A stretch of 22,889 nt of DNA from an uncultured virus (IMG/VR IMGVR_UViG_3300028591_000018) (lineage: Duplodnaviria > Heunggongvirae > Uroviricota > Caudoviricetes): IMG/VR virus record IMGVR_UViG_3300028591_000018, one strand, 5' to 3'. Below, in pieces: positions 12,933-22,889 of this stretch. The position numbers and the translations under genes are program-made. Numbering within the stretch: position 1 is the stretch's first letter; every line of letters begins with the position of its first letter. A model generated the notes under the pieces. The model ran no database searches. It saw only the letters and a list, made by a program, of their open reading frames with translations, and had not been told where the DNA came from.

Positions 12933-15900
12933 ACTGTACCGCCCTACCCTGTTTCATAGTCATAGTTGCAAACAGATTTTTCGTTTGACGATAAATTTCA
13001 AGACGAGACAATGCTCTTGGAGAATAGTTGTTTTGGATCACCTGTGTAACACCGGCAGACTTGCTGAGATCATTAAGATCTTCGTCATCTCTAACTACTA
13101 CGGCAGGATTCTTTCTCGATGAAATATCATTTGCCTGCTTGCGGTTGGTCTCGGCTTCGATATTGAGGCGAGATGCTGCCAAAGAGCTGTCATCGATAAC
13201 CGGCCGGATGACCGGAACCAATGACGGATCTTCAAGCAGATTTTTACCGGCAGCCATAGCGTCGTAATATGCCTGAAGCAGTGCATCATAATTCTCATCA
13301 ATAAACTCCCAATCAATTCCTTTATCACCGGTTTTCCACCACTCCTGAAGCAGATACTGAACAAAACCTGCATCCTTATTCAAAGCATCAAGAGAAGCCT
13401 GGTCACGTCCGAGTTTGCCTTCGTAGATCCCATGAATAACATCAAAGAGACCACTGTTACTAGATAATTCAGAAGCAGCCTCACTATATTCGGTTAATCC
13501 GGTTGTGAGCTTCGTCAGATCCAGGTGCCCCATGCCATCTGAAAGACTGTATAACTGTTCCCAGGTCAATCCAAACAGTTCCTGGAGCTGCTTGTTTCTG
13601 TCCAGATCCGTTCCGTCAAGAACACCGTAGACACCATTCATACAATCGGTCCAGATTTCCTGAATCGCTTCAGCCTGCATTTTTGTTAATGCAGTTTGAT
13701 CTTTGAAGACTTCAAGCAGAGCATCATCCATTTCACCGGCCATACCTGCAGCTTCAATAGCGTTCATGAACGCATCTGTCGAAGTTGTAGCCACACCGGC
13801 GATTTCTTTGACTACTTCATCTTCACCGTTATTCACACCAAGTAAAATACCCTGAAGAATCCATCCGGCATAACGCTGATATGCTTTTGAAGGAGAATGG
13901 GCATCATTCTCTTCATTGAAAGCATCCTGTCCAGCTTCGGCAAGACCTGCCATGGCGTTTGTCACGTCATGGATACCGTTCTTAATTCCAAGAACAAGAC
14001 CGGCGATTTCATAACCGGCGAATTCCTGATATACCTTTGATGGTGAATTAGTTTTATCAGCTTCCTTATACTCACCCTGTACACCACTGGCTAACCAATT
14101 AATAGCATCCTTAACATCCTCAGCGCCATTAACGATCCCGGTAATAATGCCCTGGATCATACCGTTAGCAAGACTGAGTCCATCAGGAACGATCCCTGAA
14201 AGAGCACCATTCAGGTTCTCAATTGTATGCTTTAAACCGCCTTCACTCTCATCCTCAAGTGCTGTGGAAATAGAGGAGGCCATACTTTCAAGCATTCCAC
14301 TAACATCCCCGGCGCCATTTTGAATGGAACCGATCATGTCCTGAACAAATTGTTCCCCGAATTGAGTACCGAAAGATTTCGGTTCTTTCTCTTCGGTCGA
14401 ACTTTCAAGTGCAGCTACAGCATCTTCAATCTCATCCGGGTTTTTGTTTAAAACATCCTGAGGATTAATCGGAGATTCTTCACCGGCTAAATTACTGGGC
14501 TTAAATAAATCTTTGATCGCCTGCTGGACTTCTCCGGCATTTGTATTCAGCTGTTCTTTGATCCCACTGGTGATCGTTCCGGCAATAGACTGCGCTTGAG
14601 CCAGTACGTCGAATCGGCCTTTTTCCATACCGGCAACAAGATTGAGCATATAAGTGTAGCCAATGGACTTAAACTCTAAAGAATATGCTTCAAATACACG
14701 AATTACTTCTTTCACGATTGTACTTGCTGCAGCACCTGCCTGAGATTTTGAGTTCTGCAAAGCGGTATAAAGATTGGAAACAAAAGCGGAAACAGTGCCA
14801 GGACCTGTATTCGACAAAATACCGGCAGCATCTGTCAGATCTTTCAAGAACTGAACTAATGGCGTTGTATTCGCTTCATTATCGAATTTAAGGCTATTAA
14901 CGGAATTCATCATGTCATCAATAGCTTTCACAAGACTATTCGCATATCCACTTTCATCCGGACCATCGGCAAATTTAAGAATGACGTCAATAAATGAAGA
15001 GACTTTGGAAAGAGTATCCTCATTCTTAATTTCAATACCATTCAGAAATTCCACAACCTTGTCCATCGCTTCAGGATTGTCGATCGAAATATCATCAAGC
15101 TGTTCGATAGAACCTTTTATGTTGGTGACGAATTCGGAAAAATCTTTTACAATACCGCCTGAATCTCTGGCTGTAATTCTTATAGCATTAAGAAAATTAG
15201 CTACCGTTTCAAAATCTGATGCATTTTCGAGATTTACAGTTTTCAATGAATTAACAATCGAATTCATTAATGTTGTAAAGTTCTCTGCAGTATCTTCTTT
15301 ATCCAATGCTTTTGAAACACCATCGAGAAAATCGGCAACGGATCGGAATGCGCCTTCGGGAGAATGATTTAAAGCATCATTCAATTTTTCCTGTTGTTCA
15401 GCAAGCTCCTTTTCCTCATCAGTAAGTTTTCCATAATAAGGCCCTAAATCTTCAATGGTTTTTAAACCATTAGCCCAACTGGTAAAGCCTTCCTGAACTT
15501 TTTTCGGATCATATCCTGCAGTTTCTAAAGCTTTGATACGATCAATACCTTCGCCCCATTTACCTTCTGAAATATCTTTAAATAATTCATTGGTTGTATA
15601 CGCATCTCCAAGAGCTTCAATTTCTTTAGCATAAGAAAGTGCCGAATTTGTTTGGCTGCTTAAATCAAGTCCACCTCCAGATGTAGAGAAAGACAACAGA
15701 TTATACCAGTCAACCCCGAGTTTTTCCAAAGCTTTGATACGATCATCACCGGATTCATACAAACCGATCATGATTCCATCCCAGAGCTTCTCTAATATTT
15801 TTGCTTCCTGCTCTGTTACTTTCTCACCATTTTGAAGTTTTTGAGATGCTTGAGCAGCAACAGCCTGTTCATTTTTAGAAAGTTCATACTTATCTGACAA

Positions 15901-18900
15901 AACGTCAAACATGCTAATAGCTTTTTCTAATTGACTATCATCAACATTAATTTTGGTTTCAGTATTATTTGCGGTCTCTATTGATTTTGTAAGTCCTTGT
16001 GCGTATTCAGTAGCACCTTTGAGCACATAACCGAGAGCGCCGGTGTGATCATACAAATAATCAATAACCATTCCAAGGCCACCTTCATCAAAATTACCAA
16101 GCTGACCAAATATATCACCGATGCCCGCAAGTTTTTCATCCCCAAGTTGATTGATCATGCCTTCGGCCAATTTCTCGCCAAAACCTTCAGCTATGAATTG
16201 TTTAACGTTTTTGGTGCCGAGTGTTTCAAACAGATTTTTTGCATCTAAGTTAAATTCTTTTTCTTTTATGTTCTCTTCAATACCTTTTATGTATGCAACT
16301 GCCGTTTCATCTCCAGCTTTTTCTGCTGCTGCTAATGACGATTCATAATTTATTTCAAAAATGCCATCTTTGAAATTTTCTTCACTAAAGCCATATTTAA
16401 AAAAGTTATATAAACCTTTTACATCATCCGTCGCATTAGATATAAAATTTCCACTTTTTTCAGATGCATCTGAAGCTGTATCAGAAAGTTTTTCTTCTGC
16501 ATTAGTTACTTTTTCAACATTGTAAACAAAATTCTCCAGACTTTTACCTGAAATAGCATATTGAGCAGCTACAGAAGCATTCTCTTTCGCAAGACCGGCA
16601 GCTGCCATGGCCTTTTCCCAGCCCTTGTCATAATTAGTTTCACCAAATGCTGCATCAGTAACAATCGCTTGCCGTCCGATTTCAAGCATTTTTTCTTCCG
16701 CTTCAGTTAATTTACCTACTCCGGTTCTAACTTTTTCAAGAGCTTTATTCCAAACTTCATAATCAATTTGTTCTGCGTATTTACCAGTAACTGCTATAGC
16801 TTCTTTCCCAGTGTCAGTTACTTTCTGTAATTGCGTATTCTCTTCACTTAATTTTTCATTTTTTTCATCGGCTGCTTTAGTAAGATCTTCAGTTGCAGAA
16901 ACTAATTCTTCAGTAGTATTAGTAAGTTCTTGAGCAGATGCATTTTCAGCTTCAATAATCTGTTCAGCAAATGCATCTTTATAATTATGCGGAGGCTCAG
17001 GTACATCAGGAGTCTCCGCTAATTTCTGTATGACTCGCTGCTCAGCTTCGATTTCTTCAACAAGACCTTCTGCTTCATCGATAAAATATGAGCGACCATT
17101 TTTATAAGCTTGATTTGATTTTTCTAATTCATCATTAGCTTCTGCGATTGCTTCTTTTTGTTTTTCAGCTGCTTTGGCTTCCGCCTCACGTTTTTCGATC
17201 GCTTTATCAATCAAATCGCTTATTTCTTGATTAAGATCTCGTTCGGCGCGTAATCGTACAGCTTCTTCATTGAACTCATTGTTCCAATCTGTAGACCATC
17301 GCTGATTATACATTTCTTGAATAAGCTCAGGATCATATCCTTGTTTAATAGCTTCTTCTTGCCAGGTTGTCCCATTTTCTTTAGCAGCATTTACAAATTC
17401 TCCAGCATAACCTTTTTCATAGCCTTCCTGTGTTTTTTTCCACATTTCGGCCCATTCTTCCTCAGTCATCGGAGGATTTACTTTTTTCTTTTTCTGTTTT
17501 AAAAGATCTTGATTGATCTTAATGTTTCCTTCAAGAACATCATTATAATCACGCCATGCAGTTTTAGCAGCATCAACGCTTCCGAGTTCCTGGGTTAAAG
17601 AATCAATAATTTCATCTCTCCCTAAACCAAAATCTCCGGCGGCGATTTGCCCCATCAAATGAGCATAATCTTCATCTTCAATAGTTTTTGGAAGAGAAAG
17701 CAACTCTTTTCGCAAAGAACCTATGTAGGCGTGAATTGAATCAGGGTCAAGAACTTGATCAAAATTTTCATGCATCCATTTTTCCATCGCTTCAAGATCA
17801 TATGTATCCATCCCGAAACGATCTTTTATGGCAAAATCTGGCATGTTAAATAAATTTTCATCGACTAAATTATAAGCCGACATGTTAATTTCATGCTGAG
17901 ATAATGCATCATCGAGCCCTCGTTTGACATTTAAGCCAAGCATTTTCGCAACCTGATAAGCCTTATCATCTCCAGCATTAATACCATTGATCAAACCCTG
18001 GGAAACAAATGCGCCTATACGATAAGCTACTTTAGAAGGCGATCTAATTTCCAATGTTAATGTAAGACCTTCTGTGATTCCTGCTGCAACTCTTTCTGCT
18101 GCTTCCCGAACAAGAAGCACTCCATTATCAAGTGCATCCACCAAACCGGTTATGATATATTCACCAATATTGGTAATGTCTTCGGAATTTAAACCAAATT
18201 CTTTAAACTCCATTAAAGTATTAATAAGATTAGAATATGCCCCAACAGTATTTTGTATATAATTAGCATCTACATCTTCTTTTGTTAAAGCACTCTGTAA
18301 TCCTGCAATTGCCGGAACTACTGAACTATTAATGACATCAAATGAGTTCTTGACTTTTGTTGCATCACTCTCATCCAATGTAATACCTAAAAATTTTGTC
18401 TCTTTATTGGTTATAAGACTGGAAGCATCCATTGACATTAAATCAATAACCGCTTTTACTGCATTTGCAGCTTGTGCAACGCCGGAATAATCTATAGCTT
18501 TTCCATAAGCATCAACGGCATTAATTCCTATAGCAAAATCTCTAAGCCCCGGAAGAATCTGAGTATTTAATGCACTAAACATTTGATCATAGTGAGCTTC
18601 ACCGCTAATCAAATCAGTAAAGAAACCGGAAATACCACCTTGCCGATAATTTTTATTTGTTAGCATGTCCATTATGGATGGAAGTATTTCCGCTGCTTTT
18701 TTAGCATTATCCACATTCACATCTGAAACTTTAGTAGAAAAAGTCGCAAACCCATCTGCGATTTCATTGTTTAATGTGTCAAATAAAGATTTAAAATCGG
18801 TCTTGCCATTAATCAATGAATCAAAAACGCCTGCGATTCCACCCTCTTTATAATTACTGTCAGTTACGAGATCAAGAACTGCTTTAATAATTGAAATATC

Positions 18901-21900
18901 ATTTTCAACGTTTTGTTTATTAACATCTTTTAATTTTGTTTCAAGGGTTACAATCCCATCTGCAATAGTAATAAGATTGTCAGTATAAGTTTTCCAGTTC
19001 GTTTCACCACAAAAATACTTAATAATATTATCAAGTGCACTGAGGGCATTCTCTTTAACTATTTCACCCATTACACTGGTTAAAAACTTTGCTCCATTTA
19101 CATGATCTTCTTTTATTTCAGAAATGCTATTTAAAAATGGCTGTAAAGAAGTAATAAATGAACTAAGATTTGTTGCCATTGCAATTGATTCATCATTAAA
19201 ACCGCCAATTAATGTAGACAGCCATGTCAAAGCATTATCAACCAGAATTGATGTAAGTACGGACGTTAAATATCCAGCACCTTTTGTATGACTTTCGGTT
19301 AAAGTAAGAACCGATTCAAAAAACGGGCTTAAAGCTGCAACAAATGCGGAAAGATTTGCAGCCATATCCAGTGGATCGCCAACTGTAAAATTATCAATCA
19401 ATGTTGCGAGCCATGTTAGAGCTTCATCTGCGGCAATAGTTCCAAGGATTCCTGTAAATATAAGAGCCCCATTCATGTGAGTCTCATCCAGGCTTTCTAA
19501 TCTGGTAAGGAATGGAGCTAATGCTTCAATAAAAGCGGACAGGTTTGCCCCAATAGCAGGAAGGGAGTCGGATACACCTTCACCAAATCCTCCAATTAAA
19601 GCACCTATCATTTCACCAATTCCGTGCATAATAGAAACCATCATTTCCATTACGTTTTCAACAGAATCAGTAATATTCTCATTCCCAGCTTTTTCACTTA
19701 ACCAGGTAAGGGCTTTCTCCATTGCGATAAATGCACCGCCAATTAAAATAACACCGGCAGTCGCAGCTGCTATAGCTAATAATGCAGGCAAAAGAAGAGG
19801 CGTTAACACTCCTCCAATGAGCCCTAAAATGGCAACAATACCTGCCAAAATTATCATTGCACCTGCCACTTCACCAATAGCAGCGAGCATTGGAAGAAGA
19901 GCATCATAAGAGCTAATATTTGCTTTTTCTGAGATCTTAATAAGTCCCCAAACAGCCATTGCTAGCAGCCCAATACCAATAAGCATCTCTATAGCTACTA
20001 ATATTCCGGATGAAAATGTCGGTATTTTTGCAATAGCACCTAATAATGCTACTACAAGAGATAATACCACCATTGCACCTACCACTTCACCAATAGCAGC
20101 AAGCATTGGAAGAAGTGTAGCTGCTGATGCTACATTAGCTCTTTGCAAAATTGTAGATAATCCCCAAACACCAAGAGCAAGACCCTCTAAACCAATCAGT
20201 AACCCGGTAAAGACTACAAAATCTTTGATTGATAACTTTATTAATGACAGACCTTTCATAATCGCGGCCAGCGGAATCAGTGCTGACGCGATTTTGATAA
20301 GAGAACCTACTACACTATCAATATTATTACTTGTATTCAAAGAATTCTTTACAGCTCTATTGTCCAATTTAGAGTCGTTTGAAGAATTGATATTGTTAAA
20401 AACCCAAATAAAACCTGCAATAACAAGAAGAACCGTTGAAACAATTAATAATGTTTTTCCGATAGCTAATACAAGTTTCCAATTAAAATTTAAAAAGTCT
20501 GAAAAAAGACCTAATACACCAAATATAATATTTAAACCAGCAAGTACAAATATAAATTGAACAATGGAATCGATAAGATTCTTTGTCTGAGCAGGATCAA
20601 TTGTAACTCCTGTATATTTACTAAATGCAGACAAAGCTATAATAATTGCTCCGAGACCTGCAATAACAAGAGCAATCATGCTAAATGAAGCAAAAGTATT
20701 CCGATCTACTTTAATTTTTGTCAATAGCCAAACTGCACCAATAACAGAAGCAAGCATCGTGACAATACTGCCAACAGTTGACCACATTGTTTTTGCACCG
20801 GACTTTTTAGCTATTTTGGTCAGTTCTCCTACAACTATGCCTAATATAATAATAATTCCGGCCATAATTGCCAGAGTTCCAATAACAGACCCGTTTATTC
20901 CATCTTTAGTTAATTTCGATAAACCAATAATAAATCCAAAAATAGCTGCTAAAGGTACAAGTAAAGCTCCAACTGCGGTTGCCATTGTTCCGATTCCGCC
21001 GAATAATTTAGAAATTATAGCGAAAGATACAATAACACCGCCAAGAGTACTAATAATTATTGAGACAAGTAATAATGAAGCTACAGCACCTTTGGAAATA
21101 TTTGCTTTTGATAAGCTATTTACAGCACGTATAATTTCATAAATTGACCCAATAACAGCAGCAAATCCTATAGCAAGATCTACCATTGTCTGTCGGTCTG
21201 TTCCCATTAGTTTAGCAATAAGTGTCAGTACAATAATAAGTGATATGAGTGAGTTTAATATGAAAGATATGCCAATCAATTCTCCAGATTTTGATCGAGC
21301 TTTATTAACTTCATTTCCATTTATTGTGGAATTCATCAACATTATGGCTAAACCAACTGCTGCGATCACAATACCAATTGAAAATGCAGCACCTAATACA
21401 TTCCCTTTACCCAAAAGTGCCGAAATACCTGCCAGTATAACGATTAAAGCGCCCACCTCAGCTATAAGTAAAGCTATGGATTGTAAAGCAACCTGAGTGG
21501 ATAACTGATCTTTAACTAAATCTTTTAAAGACTTATCTTCACTTAACTCATTTAATTGTCCGGCTATCCATAATAATCCCAAAACTATTCCAGCTATAAG
21601 TATTCCACTCAAAATCAGATCACCGGCACACAACTGCAATTTGTCTGTCATCCAATGTATTAATGCCGGAATTCCAACGAAGACTCCTGCAATAATAGCT
21701 ATAGAAATTGCAAAATCTTTTAAAGCATCTGCAAGTTCTCCAAAAGGATTTCCGATTCTAATTAATCCACCGAGTTCTCTTGAAGTAAATCCTAAAATAA
21801 GACTGCTGAGAATGCCAAAGGCAGCCAACATGCGTCTAATATTATTTATGGATCTTGTAATTATGTTGCCATTACCCGATATGCCGAGAATGGTTTCCAT

Positions 21901-22887
21901 TATAGTAGTAAATATGCCTTTTCTTGCTTTCTTTCCTATACCATTTATACTGTTTTTTATCTTGTCTATAAGACCATCAACATGCTCCATTTGACCTAAA
22001 AGGCCTGCAATGCCACTTGCTTTTACATCATAACCAAATAAATACTTTTTAATATTTTCAATAATTTTTGAAATAGAACCGCCAGCATCATTTATAAGTT
22101 TTCTAATTTTTTCAATTTCGTTTTCTATAAATGTACAGACTGACTGAATCCATGGATGATTTTCTTTTAACTCATTAAATTTATCTCTGATTAGTTTAAG
22201 TATTCGGATTACAATATTATCGATCCCAAGTTCCTTATTTCCAAAAAAGAAATCATGTACTGATTCATAACCGGCATTATGCAAAATTTCTTCAAATTTG
22301 TTCTTTACTCTTGTAAGAACACTTTCTACATTTTTACCAATTGTAGATAAATTTGTTGAGGAATTACTAAATGTAAAGTTTGAGATAAAAGATCCTTTTG
22401 TTCTGGAAACAGCTGCTGAAGCTTTTTCTTCCCCTTCCTCAATTTCTTCACCAAAGAATCTTCTTATAGCTTTAAATGGGGCTGAGTTGTAAATAGCATT
22501 CAAGCCATTTCCGATTTTTTCAATAATACCAACAGGACCTTCACCTGTTGCTTCATCTTTATTACCAAATAAGAATGTTTTAATTGCTATGAATGCAGGT
22601 AATTCACCGATACTTCTAATAAGAGACTTTATTCTTTCAAATATGTTCTCAATATGCCCGCCTTCAGCATCAGTACCACCAAATATAAAATTATGTAAAG
22701 ACTTATAAGCATTTGAATCAGTAATAGCATGAATAACATTACCGATCTTAGTAAAAATGCTATCAATATGCCCGCCTTCAGCATCAGTACCACCAAATAT
22801 AAAATTATGTAAAGACTTATAAGCATTTGAATCAGTAATGTTTTGAATTAATTCACCGATCTTACCAAAAATATTTTTTTGAACTAC
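12916..22887 (-). CDS. Tape measure protein (TMP), 5'-truncated by the window edge (at least 3323 aa)
   Basis: The frame stays open upstream of the track's TTG at 22503 to the window edge (VVQKNIFGKIGELIQ...). Helical Ala/Ile/Leu/Gly-rich sequence, long hydrophobic block, three SPSK motifs, C-terminal QNNYSPRALSRLEIYRQTKN, directly upstream of Dit. Confidence 0.92.
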   Translation of the reverse strand, partial: VVQKNIFGKIGELIQNITDSNAYKSLHNFIFGGTDAEGGHIDSIFTKIGNVIHAITDSNAYKSLHNFIFGGTDAEGGHIENIFERIKSLIRSIGELPAFIAIKTFLFGNKDEATGEGPVGIIEKIGNGLNAIYNSAPFKAIRRFFGEEIEEGEEKASAAVSRTKGSFISNFTFSNSSTNLSTIGKNVESVLTRVKNKFEEILHNAGYESVHDFFFGNKELGIDNIVIRILKLIRDKFNELKENHPWIQSVCTFIENEIEKIRKLINDAGGSISKIIENIKKYLFGYDVKASGIAGLLGQMEHVDGLIDKIKNSINGIGKKARKGIFTTIMETILGISGNGNIITRSINNIRRMLAAFGILSSLILGFTSRELGGLIRIGNPFGELADALKDFAISIAIIAGVFVGIPALIHWMTDKLQLCAGDLILSGILIAGIVLGLLWIAGQLNELSEDKSLKDLVKDQLSTQVALQSIALLIAEVGALIVILAGISALLGKGNVLGAAFSIGIVIAAVGLAIMLMNSTINGNEVNKARSKSGELIGISFILNSLISLIIVLTLIAKLMGTDRQTMVDLAIGFAAVIGSIYEIIRAVNSLSKANISKGAVASLLLVSIIISTLGGVIVSFAIISKLFGGIGTMATAVGALLVPLAAIFGFIIGLSKLTKDGINGSVIGTLAIMAGIIIILGIVVGELTKIAKKSGAKTMWSTVGSIVTMLASVIGAVWLLTKIKVDRNTFASFSMIALVIAGLGAIIIALSAFSKYTGVTIDPAQTKNLIDSIVQFIFVLAGLNIIFGVLGLFSDFLNFNWKLVLAIGKTLLIVSTVLLVIAGFIWVFNNINSSNDSKLDNRAVKNSLNTSNNIDSVVGSLIKIASALIPLAAIMKGLSLIKLSIKDFVVFTGLLIGLEGLALGVWGLSTILQRANVASAATLLPMLAAIGEVVGAMVVLSLVVALLGAIAKIPTFSSGILVAIEMLIGIGLLAMAVWGLIKISEKANISSYDALLPMLAAIGEVAGAMIILAGIVAILGLIGGVLTPLLLPALLAIAAATAGVILIGGAFIAMEKALTWLSEKAGNENITDSVENVMEMMVSIMHGIGEMIGALIGGFGEGVSDSLPAIGANLSAFIEALAPFLTRLESLDETHMNGALIFTGILGTIAADEALTWLATLIDNFTVGDPLDMAANLSAFVAALSPFFESVLTLTESHTKGAGYLTSVLTSILVDNALTWLSTLIGGFNDESIAMATNLSSFITSLQPFLNSISEIKEDHVNGAKFLTSVMGEIVKENALSALDNIIKYFCGETNWKTYTDNLITIADGIVTLETKLKDVNKQNVENDISIIKAVLDLVTDSNYKEGGIAGVFDSLINGKTDFKSLFDTLNNEIADGFATFSTKVSDVNVDNAKKAAEILPSIMDMLTNKNYRQGGISGFFTDLISGEAHYDQMFSALNTQILPGLRDFAIGINAVDAYGKAIDYSGVAQAANAVKAVIDLMSMDASSLITNKETKFLGITLDESDATKVKNSFDVINSSVVPAIAGLQSALTKEDVDANYIQNTVGAYSNLINTLMEFKEFGLNSEDITNIGEYIITGLVDALDNGVLLVREAAERVAAGITEGLTLTLEIRSPSKVAYRIGAFVSQGLINGINAGDDKAYQVAKMLGLNVKRGLDDALSQHEINMSAYNLVDENLFNMPDFAIKDRFGMDTYDLEAMEKWMHENFDQVLDPDSIHAYIGSLRKELLSLPKTIEDEDYAHLMGQIAAGDFGLGRDEIIDSLTQELGSVDAAKTAWRDYNDVLEGNIKINQDLLKQKKKKVNPPMTEEEWAEMWKKTQEGYEKGYAGEFVNAAKENGTTWQEEAIKQGYDPELIQEMYNQRWSTDWNNEFNEEAVRLRAERDLNQEISDLIDKAIEKREAEAKAAEKQKEAIAEANDELEKSNQAYKNGRSYFIDEAEGLVEEIEAEQRVIQKLAETPDVPEPPHNYKDAFAEQIIEAENASAQELTNTTEELVSATEDLTKAADEKNEKLSEENTQLQKVTDTGKEAIAVTGKYAEQIDYEVWNKALEKVRTGVGKLTEAEEKMLEIGRQAIVTDAAFGETNYDKGWEKAMAAAGLAKENASVAAQYAISGKSLENFVYNVEKVTNAEEKLSDTASDASEKSGNFISNATDDVKGLYNFFKYGFSEENFKDGIFEINYESSLAAAEKAGDETAVAYIKGIEENIKEKEFNLDAKNLFETLGTKNVKQFIAEGFGEKLAEGMINQLGDEKLAGIGDIFGQLGNFDEGGLGMVIDYLYDHTGALGYVLKGATEYAQGLTKSIETANNTETKINVDDSQLEKAISMFDVLSDKYELSKNEQAVAAQASQKLQNGEKVTEQEAKILEKLWDGIMIGLYESGDDRIKALEKLGVDWYNLLSFSTSGGGLDLSSQTNSALSYAKEIEALGDAYTTNELFKDISEGKWGEGIDRIKALETAGYDPKKVQEGFTSWANGLKTIEDLGPYYGKLTDEEKELAEQQEKLNDALNHSPEGAFRSVADFLDGVSKALDKEDTAENFTTLMNSIVNSLKTVNLENASDFETVANFLNAIRITARDSGGIVKDFSEFVTNIKGSIEQLDDISIDNPEAMDKVVEFLNGIEIKNEDTLSKVSSFIDVILKFADGPDESGYANSLVKAIDDMMNSVNSLKFDNEANTTPLVQFLKDLTDAAGILSNTGPGTVSAFVSNLYTALQNSKSQAGAAASTIVKEVIRVFEAYSLEFKSIGYTYMLNLVAGMEKGRFDVLAQAQSIAGTITSGIKEQLNTNAGEVQQAIKDLFKPSNLAGEESPINPQDVLNKNPDEIEDAVAALESSTEEKEPKSFGTQFGEQFVQDMIGSIQNGAGDVSGMLESMASSISTALEDESEGGLKHTIENLNGALSGIVPDGLSLANGMIQGIITGIVNGAEDVKDAINWLASGVQGEYKEADKTNSPSKVYQEFAGYEIAGLVLGIKNGIHDVTNAMAGLAEAGQDAFNEENDAHSPSKAYQRYAGWILQGILLGVNNGEDEVVKEIAGVATTSTDAFMNAIEAAGMAGEMDDALLEVFKDQTALTKMQAEAIQEIWTDCMNGVYGVLDGTDLDRNKQLQELFGLTWEQLYSLSDGMGHLDLTKLTTGLTEYSEAASELSSNSGLFDVIHGIYEGKLGRDQASLDALNKDAGFVQYLLQEWWKTGDKGIDWEFIDENYDALLQAYYDAMAAGKNLLEDPSLVPVIRPVIDDSSLAASRLNIEAETNRKQANDISSRKNPAVVVRDDEDLNDLSKSAGVTQVIQNNYSPRALSRLEIYRQTKNLFATMTMKQGRAVQYDTLS
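19855..20115. repeat. Internal TMP duplication, 216-bp spacing
   Basis: 45-nt segments at 19855-19899 and 20071-20115 are 43/45 identical and encode LLPMLAAIGEV(A/V)GAM. Confidence 0.85.
22649..22864. repeat. Tandem duplication in TMP, 114-bp (38-aa) period
   Basis: 77 bp are identical at 22649-22725 and 22763-22839. ACCGATCTTA also recurs at 22741 and 22855, the same 114-bp offset. Confidence 0.95.
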
Positions 22888-22889
22888 AT

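Noticed and set aside
22503..22503. TTG at 22503 as the TMP start
   Set aside because: The frame continues without a stop to the window edge, so the true start lies outside the window.
22629..22826. 65-aa hydrophobic minus-strand ORF with an internal repeat
   Set aside because: Alternative frame of the TMP tandem duplication. The TMP frame is open through this region.

Overview
The window is part of a temperate siphophage-type genome. From 2275 to 22889 a single minus-strand late operon carries: a very large tape measure gene (open past the window edge, >3,320 aa), a distal-tail (Dit) gene apparently split in two, a Gp37-like hub protein, a baseplate/adaptor protein, and about 11 small adaptor and receptor-binding genes. 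Those include two ConA/LamG-like adhesins and a 908-aa protein with 28-residue Trp-rich leucine-rich repeats. The operon converges on a zinc-ribbon tyrosine integrase (779-1999, +) across a 275-bp repeat-rich spacer that looks like attP. Left of the integrase are a small membrane-protein gene, a structured non-coding stretch and a partial CxxC gene, punctuated by a recurring promoter-like motif and terminators ending in TTTATTTTT. The most striking pattern is that the tail-tip genes share a few short modules in overlapping pairs and triples, one of them inserted into Dit. This suggests a chained, branched adhesin assembly. Family assignments are from motif recognition by eye; no searches were run.
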